From the NCBI GenBank assembly GCA_950097015.1, contig CATNEN010000003.1, positions 5,208,001-5,272,000 on the forward strand: a DNA stretch of 64,000 nt, given 5' to 3'. The notes under the pieces were generated by a model. The model was not told where the DNA came from, searched no databases, and was given only the letters and a program-made list of their open reading frames with translations. A program made the translations under genes and the position numbers. Origin of the DNA: Macrostomum hystrix. Its lineage: Eukaryota; Animalia; Platyhelminthes. Shown here one piece after another: positions 1 through 11,307 of this stretch (positions are counted from its first letter, which is position 1; every line of letters starts with the position of its first letter).

Positions 1-3000
1 CAATTCTACCTGCGATTCCAGCTACAATTCTACCTGCGATACCAGCTACAATTCTACCTGCGATTCCAGCTACAATTCTACCTGCGGATCCAGCTACAAT
101 TCTACCTGCGATTCCAGCTACAATTCTACCTGCGGATCCAGCTACAATTCTACCTGCGATTTTAGCTACAATTCTACCTGCGATTCCAGCTACAATTCTA
201 CCTGCGATACCAGCTACAATTCTACCTGCGATTCCAGCTACAATTCAACCTGCGATTCCAACTACAGTTCTACCTGCGATTCCAACTACAGTTCTACATG
301 CGATTCCAACTACAGTTCTACCTGCGATTCCAACTACAGTTCTACCTGCGATTCCAACTACAGTTCTACCTACGATTCCAACTACAATTCTACCTGCGAT
401 TCCAACTACAGTTCTACCTGCGATTCCAGCTACAATTCTACCTGCGATTCCAGCTACAATTCTACCTGCGATTCCAGCTACAATTCTACCTGCGGATCCA
501 GCTACAATTCTACCTGCGATTCCAGCTACAATTCTACCTGCGGATCCAGCTACAATTCAACCTGCGATTCTAGCTACAATTCTACCTGCGATTCCAGCTA
601 CAATTCTACCTGCGATACCAGCTACAATTCTACCTGCGATTCCAGCTACAATTCAACCTGCGATTCCAGCTACAATTCTACCTGCGATTCCAGCTACAAT
701 TCTACCTGCGATACCAGCTACAGTTCTACCTGCGATTCCAGCTACAATTCTACCTGCGATTCCAGCAACAGTTCTACCTGCGATTCCAACTACAATTCTA
801 CCTGCGATACCAGCTACAATTCTACCTGCGATTCCAGCTACAATTCTACCTGCGGATCTAGCTACAATTCTACCTGCGATTCCAGCTACAATTCTACCTG
901 CGATTCCAGCTACAATTCTACCTGCGATACCAGCTACAGTTCTACCTGCGATTCCAGCTACAATTCTACCTGCGATTCCAGCTACAATTCTACCTGCGAT
1001 TCCAGCTACAATTCTACCTGCGATTCCAGCTACAATTCTACCTGCGATTCCAACTACAATTCTACCTGCGATACCAACTACAATTCTACCTGCGATTCCA
1101 ACTACTATTCTACCTGCGATTCCAACTACAATTCTACCTGCGATTCCAACTACAATTCTACATGCAATTCCAGCTACAATTCTACCTGCGATTCCAACTA
1201 CAATTCTACCTGCGATACCAACTACAATTCTACCTGCGATTACAGCTACAATTCTACCTGCGATTCCAACTACAATTCTACCTGCGATTCCAACTACAAT
1301 TCTACCTGCGGATCCAGCTACAATTCTACCTGCGATTCCAGCTACAATTCTACCTGCGGATCCAGCTACAATTCAACCTGCGATTCTAGCTACAATTCTA
1401 CCTGCGATTCCAGCTACAATTCTACCTGCGATACCAGCTACAATTCAACCTGCGATTCCAGCTACAATTCTACCTGCGATTCCAGCTACAATTCTACCTG
1501 CGATTCCAGCTACAATTCTACCTGCGATTCCAGCTACAATTCTACCTGCGATACCAACTACAATTCTACCTGCGATTCCAACTACAGTTCTACCTACGAT
1601 TCCAACTACAATTCTACCTGCGATACCAGCTACGATTCTACCTGCGATACCAGCTACAATTCTACCTGCGATTCCAGCTACAATTCTACCTGCGATTCCA
1701 GCAACAGTTCTACCTGCGATTCCAACTACAATTCTACCTGCGATACCAGCTACAATTCTACCTGCGATTCCAGCTACAATTCTACCTGCGATTCCAACTA
1801 CAATTCTACCTGCGATTCCAGCTACAATTCTACCTGCGATACCAACTACAATTCTACCTGCGATTCCCGCTACAATTCTACCTGCGATTCCAACTACAAT
1901 TCTACCTGCGATTCCAACTACAATTCTACCTGCGATTCCAACTACAATTCTAACTGCGATTCCAGCAACAGTTCTACCTGCGATTCCAACTACAATTCTA
2001 CCTGCGATACCAGCTACAATTCTACCTGCGATTCCAGCTACAATTCTAACTGCGATTCCCGCTACAATTCTACCTGCGATTCCAGCTACAATTCTACCTG
2101 CGATACCAACTACAATTCTACCTGCGATACCAACTACAATTCTACCTGCGATTCCAACTACAATTCTACCTGCGATTCCAGCTACAATTCTACCTGCGGA
2201 TCCAGCTACAATTCAACCTGCGATTCTAGCTACAATTCTACCTGCGATTCCAGCTACAATTCTACCTGCGATACCAGCTACAATTCAACCTGCGATTCCA
2301 GCTACAATTCTACCTGCGATTCCAGCTACAATTCTACCTGCGATTCCAGCTACAATTCTACCTGCGATTCCAGCTACAATTCTACCTGCGATACCAACTA
2401 CAATTCTACCTGCGATTCCAACTACAGTTCTACCTACGATTCCAACTACAATTCTACCTGCGATACCAGCTACGATTCTACCTGCGATACCAGCTACAAT
2501 TCTACCTGCGATTCCAGCTACAATTCTACCTGCGATTCCAGCAACAGTTCTACCTGCGATTCCAACTACAATTCTACCTGCGATACCAGCTACAATTCTA
2601 CCTGCGATTCCAGCTACAATTCTACCTGCGATTCCAACTACAATTCTACCTGCGATTCCAGCTACAATTCTACCTGCGATACCAACTACAATTCTACCTG
2701 CGATTCCCGCTACAATTCTACCTGCGATTCCAACTACAATTCTACCTGCGATTCCAACTACAATTCTACCTGCGATTCCAACTACAATTCTAACTGCGAT
2801 TCCCGCTACAATTCTACCTGCGATTCCAGCTACAATTCTACCTGCGATACCAACTACAATTCTACCTGCGATTCCAACTACAATTCTACCTGCGATTCCA
2901 ACTACAATTCTACCTGCGATTCCAACTACAATTCTACCTGCGATTCCAGCTACAATTCAACCTGCGATTCCAGCTACAATTCTACCTGCGATACCAACTA

Positions 3001-4248
3001 CAATTCTACCTGCGATACCAGCTACAATTCTACCTGTGATTCCAACTACAATTCTACCTGCGATTCCAACTACAATTCTACCTGCGATTCCAGCTACAAT
3101 TCTACCTGCGATTCCAGCTACAATTCTACCTGCGATACCAGCTACAATTCTACCTGCAATTCCAGCTACAATTCTACCTGCGATACCAGCTACAGTTCTA
3201 CCTGCAATTCCAGCTACAATTCTACCTGCGATTCCAGCTACAATTCTACCTGCGATTCCAGCTACAATTCTACCTGCGATTCCAGCTACAATTCTACCTG
3301 CGATACCAACTACAATTCTACCTGCGATTCCAACTACAGTTCTACCTACGATTCCAACTACAATTCTACCTGCGATACCAGCTACGATTCTACCTGCGAT
3401 ACCAGCTACAATTCTACCTGCGATTCCAGCTACAATTCTACCTGCGATTCCAGCAACAGTTCTACCTGCGATTCCAACTACAATTCTACCTGCGATACCA
3501 GCTACAATTCTACCTGCGATTCCAGCTACAATTCTACCTGCGATTCCAACTACAATTCTACCTGCGATTCCAGCTACAATTCTACCTGCGATACCAACTA
3601 CAATTCTACCTGCGATTCCCGCTACAATTCTACCTGCGATTCCAACTACAATTCTACCTGCGATTCCAACTACAATTCTACCTGCGATTCCAACTACAAT
3701 TCTAACTGCGATTCCCGCTACAATTCTACCTGCGATTCCAGCTACAATTCTACCTGCGATACCAACTACAATTCTACCTGCGATTCCAACTACAATTCTA
3801 CCTGCGATTCCAACTACAATTCTACCTGCGATTCCAACTACAATTCTACCTGCGATTCCAGCTACAATTCAACCTGCGATTCCAGCTACAATTCTACCTG
3901 CGATACCAACTACAATTCTACCTGCGATACCAGCTACAATTCTACCTGCGATTCCAACTACAATTCTACCTGCGATTCCAACTACAATTCTACCTGCGAT
4001 TCCAGCTACAATTCTACCTGCGATTCCAGCTACAATTCTACCTGCGATACCAGCTACAATTCTACCTGCAATTCCAGCTACAATTCTACCTGCGATACCA
4101 GCTACAGTTCTACCTGCAATTCCAGCTACAATTCTACCTGCGATTCCAGCTACAATTCTACCTGCGATTCCAGCTACAATTCTACCTGCGATTCCAGCTA
4201 CAATTCAACCTGCGATTCCAGCTACAATTCTACCTGCGATTCCAGCCA
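1..4248. repeat. 24-bp minisatellite (CCTGCGATTCCAGCTACAATTCTA)n inside RPN2 intron 2; continues past the window edge
   Basis: Directly visible tandem units; produces the spurious IPATILPA and FQLQFYLR ORFs. Confidence 0.97.
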
Positions 4249-4372
4249 TAATTATATGTCTAAATACGATTACAGCTTGAATTCTGCCTGCGATTCTATC
4301 AGTAATTATTTAACTATACATGCGATTCTGCTGCTAAGACTTGAAAAAACTAATTTACTGAAAATAACCGAC

Positions 4373-6238
4373 CTGGAACTTGGCTGACAGTTTCTGATGA
4401 AAATCGGCCTCCAACAGATTCTTAGCCTTAGTCGGATAAGCTAGTTTCACAGGCACCGAAGCTGACTGTTGATCCCGATCAGCCACAGCCAATTCCATCG
4501 ACTGGACAGTCACCGAGGACACAACCTTGACTCCTAGATTAACGGTAGCCGGGAACAGTAGCTTTTTCTCGCTAGCGCTAGCCGACACTGTTAACTGATA
4601 GAATCCCACAGTCGGATTGGCCTTCATAAAGTCCACATTGTACACTGAGCGATCGCCAGCGGCGGCGGTCATGACGGCGTCCTTCAGGAATACAGCGCCG
4701 CTGCCAATGTTCTTGGCGCTGGCCACGGTTATAACGGCATTTGACGGACTAACTGGACGACCCCAGACGTCGGCAAGTTGAACGGAGACAACACCGGAGC
4801 TGCCTGTGCCAGATCCCGATTTGGACAGGGTTGAAGAACCCTTCACGAATAGAACAACTGGCGATTGAACGGAGCTATCTGCGAACGACTTCAATGCCAA
4901 TAGTAGCTGGGCAGCTGATTTTAATTGGTAGATCTGGCGCCGGCTAAGTAGATAGTTGGCCAGCTTGACCAGCTTATCAGCTGGGGCTACAGCTTCGCCC
5001 AACTTGTCAGTTGTCTGGATGGATTTATAAGGGGTTGGAGTTGAAATGCTGCCACTACAAAAAGTCAATTTGATGAGAATGACAAGTCCTTTATGCTAAG
5101 TTTCATTTTTAGGAACAGATTGACTAAAAATCCATAAGCATTGTGACATAATCTAAAACTTAAGTTGATCTAAAGATATGGGAGGATTGTGACATAATCT
5201 GAGGATTTGGGAATAATGTGACATAATCTGAGGATCTTGGATGACTGTTACATAATCTGAGGATCTTGGATGACTGTTGCATAATCTGAGGATCTTGGAT
5301 GACTGTTACATAATCTGAGGATCTGGGAGGACTGTTACATAATCTGAGGATCTGGGAGGACTGTTACATAATCTGAGGATCTTGATTGACTGTTACATAA
5401 TCTGAGGATCTTGGATGACTGTTACATAATCTGAGGATATGGGAGGACTGTTACATAATCTGAGGATATGGGAGGACTGTTACATAATTTGAGGATATGG
5501 GAGGACTGTTACATAATCTGAGGATATGGGAGGACTGTTACATAATCTAAGGATCTGGGAGGATTGTGACATAAAGTGAAGACTTCGAATTACCTTGAGC
5601 AGAGCTTCGGCAACCAGTGCAGTGGTGTAAACACCCTTTTCATAATACAGATATTGACCATCAGCTTCATCAGCTTGAAGCAGAGCGTCCTTCATGTCGC
5701 CTTTCATCTTGGCCAAATCGGCATTTTCCAAACCCAGCTGTAGTCCAGTTAGGAGTACATTAGCCACCGTGGTTGCGCTTGAATCGTCTTTCAATAGGCG
5801 TTCCATAACGGCGTGTGCCTTCTTAGTATCCAACGGAAGTTTCTCATTGCGCAGAATTGTAACTAACTGTAGCAGAGATTCCGCTGTCAAACTAGCATCG
5901 TCTAGTTTAGCTTCCAAGCCTTTTAGAATACCGCCAAGACTGCAGGCCGGCTTAGCTAAGCTGGCAATCGCCGAGGCGTGATAAGCGGCCTCAATGCTAG
6001 CCGGATTGGCAGACTTTTTAGCCAACTCGCAGGCTCCAGACGGGGCGTCAACGCCAAGCGTGGCCAGGCCAAGTAGAGCATAATGAGCACTGGCAGCATC
6101 TTCCAATGGCCAGGCAGATTTAAAGACGCCGGCTAGGCGAGCTTTGTCTATCTTGGAGAGATAACCGGACATTGTGATGGAATTGCAACCAATGCTGACA
6201 CTCAACAGCACTAGTAGTAGTAACAGAGTTGACTGCAT
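4373..6238 (-). CDS. RPN2: Ribophorin II (oligosaccharyltransferase subunit 2), first two coding exons; 3' exons lie outside the window
   Basis: Exon 1 6238-5594 (signal peptide MQSTLLLLLVLLSVSIG; DALLQADEADGQYLYYEKG; donor AAG|GTAATT). Exon 2 5014-4373 (CAG acceptor; KLANYLLSRR, LEADFHQKL; donor CAG|GTCGGT). Both junctions phase 0; motifs match ribophorin II. Confidence 0.9.
5190..5572. repeat. 29-bp minisatellite (GACTGTTACATAATCTGAGGATCTTGGAT) in RPN2 intron 1
   Basis: About 13 visible tandem units. Confidence 0.92.
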
Positions 6239-7328
6239 CTTCTTCTAGATGACTATAAACCTTTGTTATTTCAATTTGATTTTTTTCTATATTCAATAAT
6301 GTGTCAGACAAAACTGAAAATATGAGTGAAAGTAATTGTATTAACAACAAGAAAATATAATAAACTAATAGAAAGTTGCAAATGCAATCATTGTGGGGAT
6401 ATCAAGCTTAAGTGATACATATATACATATAAATAGTATAGACAGTCAAAACATAACTTATGTGTACGATGTTAGAGAACTTTTTTGAAGAATTAAATTT
6501 CTTTTACAAAGATATTTACATAATACTGTACTACATTAATCAATCATAAAAGATGTTTCTAACATTAGAACCAATCTTGCTATTGGTTCACATTAACAAA
6601 ATTTTAACTGCCTAATTTTATGATGATAAGATTTTAGGTACTACAATAAAACAAATTGGTGTTTTTGCTCCAACAAAATATATATATAGTTTTTAATATA
6701 GTATTGTGATATAGTTGTAGTTAGCATCTGCTAAAAATACAAAACTAACATGATGTGGACATGCTTTAGACCAAGGTCTATATATAAAAACAATAGACTA
6801 AGGCTAGCAATAAAGCTATATTTTTTTGCTATGACTTAGAACAAAAAAAGAAATATATATATTTGGCCTACAGTTTGGCCTAATATTTAAAAAACTTTGT
6901 TTGCTCCAAACAGATTCAATATAACATTATTTGTGGCTGGTCAAGTGGGGTTTAGGGGTTTATTCCAAAAGTTATATTTAATTCAGATATGCTGATTTCT
7001 TCTATGAATGGTTATAGCAAAACAAATTAAGATAGAACAAAATTATTACATTGCACAATAATGATAATAGTGAAAAAATAATTCAGGCCAAAACCTAATT
7101 TACAGCAAAACACAATTAACTGAAGATCAAGACAAAGTGCATTGTCACACAAGTTAGTCAACCAAAAAAGGCTCTTTTAGCTAGCTTGCCAATGCTAAAG
7201 CAGCAAACTAAAAAACTTAAATAAGTGATATAGAATAAGTGCATAGAATAGAAACAATTTGAAAACTAAGCTGCACATGATATTGTTAAAAAGTGCCTTT
7301 AAATATTTGTCACACCTTCCTCACTCTC

Positions 7329-9002
7329 TTGACTTACTTGACTTAGCGGCAGGGGGCCTCCATGACGGACGCAGCGAGGAGGCGGCTGTTGCCGCCCATA
7401 TCGCTAACCCCTGGCAGCCAGACGGCCTCCAGCGAGGCGGTGCCGCTCAGGGTGGTCCGTCGGTCGGTTCCGCCGCGCGATCTTCCTCGCCATAGGCTGG
7501 GAAGAAATCAGCTCGGCCGGTATCCCGGAGGAAGTGGGCGAGCTGAGGGATGTTCTCGGGCGAGCAGGCTTCGGCAAGAGTCGGTGCCGGCCCGAGGTGT
7601 TTTAGCCTAGCCCGGGTGAAGGCCGGGCAGTGGCAAATGAAATGCTCGGCGTTTTCACGGCCGGAGCAGCAGAAAGGACACGTTTCCTCAGGCACGTGGC
7701 CTTGGAGGTAGCGGTGTCTGGTGAAGCAGCCATGTCCCGAAAGGGCCATGGTGACTGCTCTCAGGTCTCTGCGGTTTAGCCTGAGTAAGGCCTTACGCAG
7801 GTTACTAGAGGGGGTTGGCACCGCAGCCCTGGACTGGCGACAGTTCAGGGTGCTGGACCACCTCCTCCGGTGCTGGGTCTCCATCCAGTGGTTGATGCTG
7901 GAGTTGACAACGGAGGCGGGGATCGGGGATTCCGGGCCCGGGCCCATCAGGGAGCTGGCTGCTCCAGCCTTTGCAAGCTCGTCCGCCATCTCATTCCCTG
8001 TGAGCCCGGCGTGCCCAGGGATCCACATCAGCTCCACCTTGTTAGACTGCGCCAAACCGTTTAACTGGTTGTTGCAGTCCAAGGTGGTTCTGGAGCGAGA
8101 GGTGCAGCGACTGAGGGCCTTGAGGGCTGCTTGACTGTCGGAGTGAAAAAAGATCCTCCGACCAGCCAGCTGCCTCTGGCGCAGCTCAGCCGCACAGAAG
8201 CTGATGGCGAGCATTTCGTTTTGGAAAACGCTTGAGCTCTTGCCACAGTGTTGGGAGTGGGTCCAGAGGACCTCGCCACCCGAGGCGACGCACACCCCGA
8301 ATCCCGATTTACCGTTCATCAGGGAGCCGTCAGTGTAACAGTGGACTGCGGGGTCATCCCAGCAGTCCTTTACCTCATTACGAGGGAAGATGCTGACTTT
8401 GTACCTGTGGCTCCGGAGTAAAGTGGCCGGGGCCCCGTCCGAAAGGATGGTGAGCCCTCCGCACTCGCCCAGAGTTTTCAGGCAGAGGTCAGAGTGGGGC
8501 AGAAGGGAGCGCTTCGAGAAGGCTCGCGAATTCTGGAAGGATACACCCGCATCAAGGAGACGACGGGTGGACTTTGCCGCTTCCCCCTTAACAAAAATGT
8601 CAATGGGTGTAGCGTTGAGGAAAGCGTTCATGCCTTCAAAGGGAGTGGAGGGTGGGGCGCCCAGCGTCATGCGACAGGCTCTGCCCTGCACCCTATAAAG
8701 CGCCTCCAGGTTTTTCTGGATGCTCATGGCACTGGCCCAGATGAGGCCAGCGTAAGCGACTGACGGTCTAATGATCGCCGTGTAAATCCACCAAAGGTTT
8801 TTGGGGGTTAGCCCCCAAGTGGTGCCCACGGCTCGCCTGACTTGCGCCAGAATGGCCAGGGCCCTCTTGGCCTTTGTGGTAATGTGCGGGGTCCAGTTAA
8901 GCCTATGGTCTAGCAGGATACCAAGGCACCGGACCTGCTTTTCCATGGCAATATTCTTGCCATAGAGAGTCAGAGGCTCAATGGTCCAGCGCAGCCTGCT
9001 GG
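7329..9002 (-). mobile_element. 5'-truncated non-LTR retrotransposon (RT C-terminus, RNase H, zinc knuckle; LOA/Lian-like, I group)
   Basis: ORF 8946-7447: [26 protein letters not shown], RNase H motifs [39 protein letters not shown]. 3' tail TAAGTCAAG repeats. 12-bp TSD TTCCTCACTCTC at 7317-7328 and 9003-9014. Confidence 0.93.
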
Positions 9003-9033
9003 TTCCTCACTCTCAGATCTTGGACATTTTGTA

Positions 9034-9290
9034 ATCTGGATCATATATGCACAACCTCCCAAATCTTAGCCGGCCATGCGACTTAGTTTTTGCTCTATTT
9101 ACGACTTAGTTTGCTCTCATTTGCTCTCTTTTTCTCTCCCCTCTTTCCTTTTCTTCACGCCTTCCTTTTTTGTCCTTTGGTCCCCCATTTGATTTTTTGC
9201 GCTTGGTTGATTGGTTTTTGCGACTTACCTTGCTTGGCCCTCGTTTCACCCGGCCGGTTTGGCCGGGTGTTGCACATGTATGATCTGGAT
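9034..9290. mobile_element. Putative MITE or fold-back element
   Basis: 22-bp imperfect inverted ends ATCTGGATCATATATGCACAAC / GTTGCACATGTATGATCTGGAT (all mismatches are transitions); internal hairpin CACCCGGCC-N5-GGCCGGGTG. No TSD seen. Confidence 0.4.
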
Positions 9291-9770
9291 GATCTTCTAA
9301 TCTAGTAAGTTTTTACTAAATACTAGTCATTTTTTGTGAAGGCGCAGATTGAAAGTTTTATGTCATGAGTGAACATCCAGATTCATGCTTAATGAACCTG
9401 TCTAAAGTTTTTGGCATAGCTAGCAAGCCACTAGTGCTGTTTTGCATTGCACAGATCTGCTTAATAACCAATATCCCATAGCTTTTAGCTTTGGAAGTGG
9501 CAGCCAAGAAACTTAAGTAAAGTATCTAGCTAGCTAAAACAAATAGCTAAATTGTTTAAATGGCAAGCTGTATTCCCCATTATAATTTAATATAATTATA
9601 CATTTCATGTTGCCTACAAATAGAGCTTATCTTAGCTTATAGACATTTATACACATTTAGCTTATCATAGAAATAAATTAAACATACATACAACAAAAAT
9701 GTAACAAAGGGTGCTACTATAAAAAGGGTACTGTGTTGGTCTGTTAAATATAAGTAGGCCACACCTAGTG

Positions 9771-10030
9771 GGGGATGGACAATTCAGTAACAGACATTTT
9801 GGTAAGTCAGTACACTTCGGTAACATGCTGAGAAATTTTGGTCACATACCCAAATCATGTTTGCCTCTTGTGTTACATGTAACTACATATTGTAAGCTAA
9901 AGATCAATGTGCTTGCAATCTTTAGAAAGTAGATACACACACTGAAGGATGTTACCAAAACGTCTCTAATATTAATCGAAATGTACTGAGTGTTACCTAA
10001 ATGTACCTATCTTGTTACCTTAATGTCCGT
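9771..10030. mobile_element. Degenerate MITE with inverted subterminal repeats
   Basis: Left arm has repeated (ACATTTT)GGTAAC-like motifs; right arm has the inverse GTTACC(AAAA/TAAAT)GT motifs. Confidence 0.4.
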
Positions 10031-11307
10031 TAAACTATCGTTAAAACCATTGTTAATTGTTACAGTTACAGCCTTTTCAGCCCACGCAAAAATAACGATA
10101 TTGCTTCATGCCTCAATTCGAAAAAAACGTAAAAAGTTGCTAGAAGCATAAGAAGGCGTCAATTTTTTAGGCATACGCAAAAGAGGTATTTGAAATTTGC
10201 AGTTACATTTAACACAGTAAAACAAAAAGTATGCATGCTAAATAATCACGTCCGCTTCATTATATAAAAAACTGTTAGCAGCAATCTTCAAAACATTTTT
10301 TGTTTCACTGTGATACTAGATATGCGTTTTATATATACAATATGCTTGCGTGGCGGCAGAGTTTTAATTTAGTTTTAGTTTAATTTAGTTTAGTTTAGAT
10401 TAGTTTAGTTCAGTTTAATTTTACCTTTTTTTTGACGCGACTTGACGTGACTTACGAAGTTTATCTCATTATCTGAACTGTCTATATCGCACAAACAAAC
10501 GCAACCGGATTGGACCGTACTAAAAGTCAGAAGCAAAACTTGAACTTAAATTCATGTTTAAGTTCAAATTCATGTAAAAGTCAGAACTTAAATTCACTCA
10601 AAATAAGCAGCTAGCTGATTATTGCTATCCGGAAAAATGTATGGAAAGTCTTCTAGTGTTAGTCTACACTATTTATCAAGAATACCAATAGCTCATGTAA
10701 GGTCTTTACATCAGGTCAAAGAGAGCTAAACTTTTATGTATATTTCAACAGTTTGTAGTCAGTACACGCAAAGTAATTTCGATCACCATCTCACTATCTA
10801 TCGCTCCGAAACTTCGTCGAAAAACTGGACTAAAAAGAGATCTTAGATTTATGTGTAGCCAGGTTGTGAAACAACTGAATGGCCATGCACAATAAGCATT
10901 TCGATCGTAAAAAAATTGTCGGTCAAGAACTCATTATACAATCAAATATTCGATTCAGAAAAGCCTTTAAAAAGTCTTACAACTTAAAGCTTAGACAAGC
11001 TTAAACAAGTAGTGTCAATATTGGCGGGAACTGAGCTTGACGATTTGTGAAATTCAACACATTTAGATCGAGAATATTTGACACTATCACGACATCACTG
11101 CTTGTATTCGCAGAATTGGTAAATGCTAATGCAGAAATTCTATGTCACATCTGGGACATCGTATTGGAGTACCAAAAAACTATAGAGCAGAAAAAATTGA
11201 TACTGACGAAAATTTGAAATGGTTTTAAGTTCGGTCAACTTTTGTAACTGTACTTCAGTTAGTAAAATACGAGTAATATTTAGTTAAGTTTTCGTATATC
11301 ATCTAAA

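Noticed and set aside
298-4280. Long ORFs in the 24-bp array, and similar ORFs at 15371-16188, 16515-18076, 23774-24646, 29004-29692, 37508-38009 and 40143-40919
   Set aside because: Stop-free frames of tandem repeats lying in introns or intergenic DNA; no unique coding context.
9235-9275. Hammerhead ribozyme (stem-loop followed by GAAAC on the minus strand)
   Set aside because: No CUGANGA core precedes the stem.
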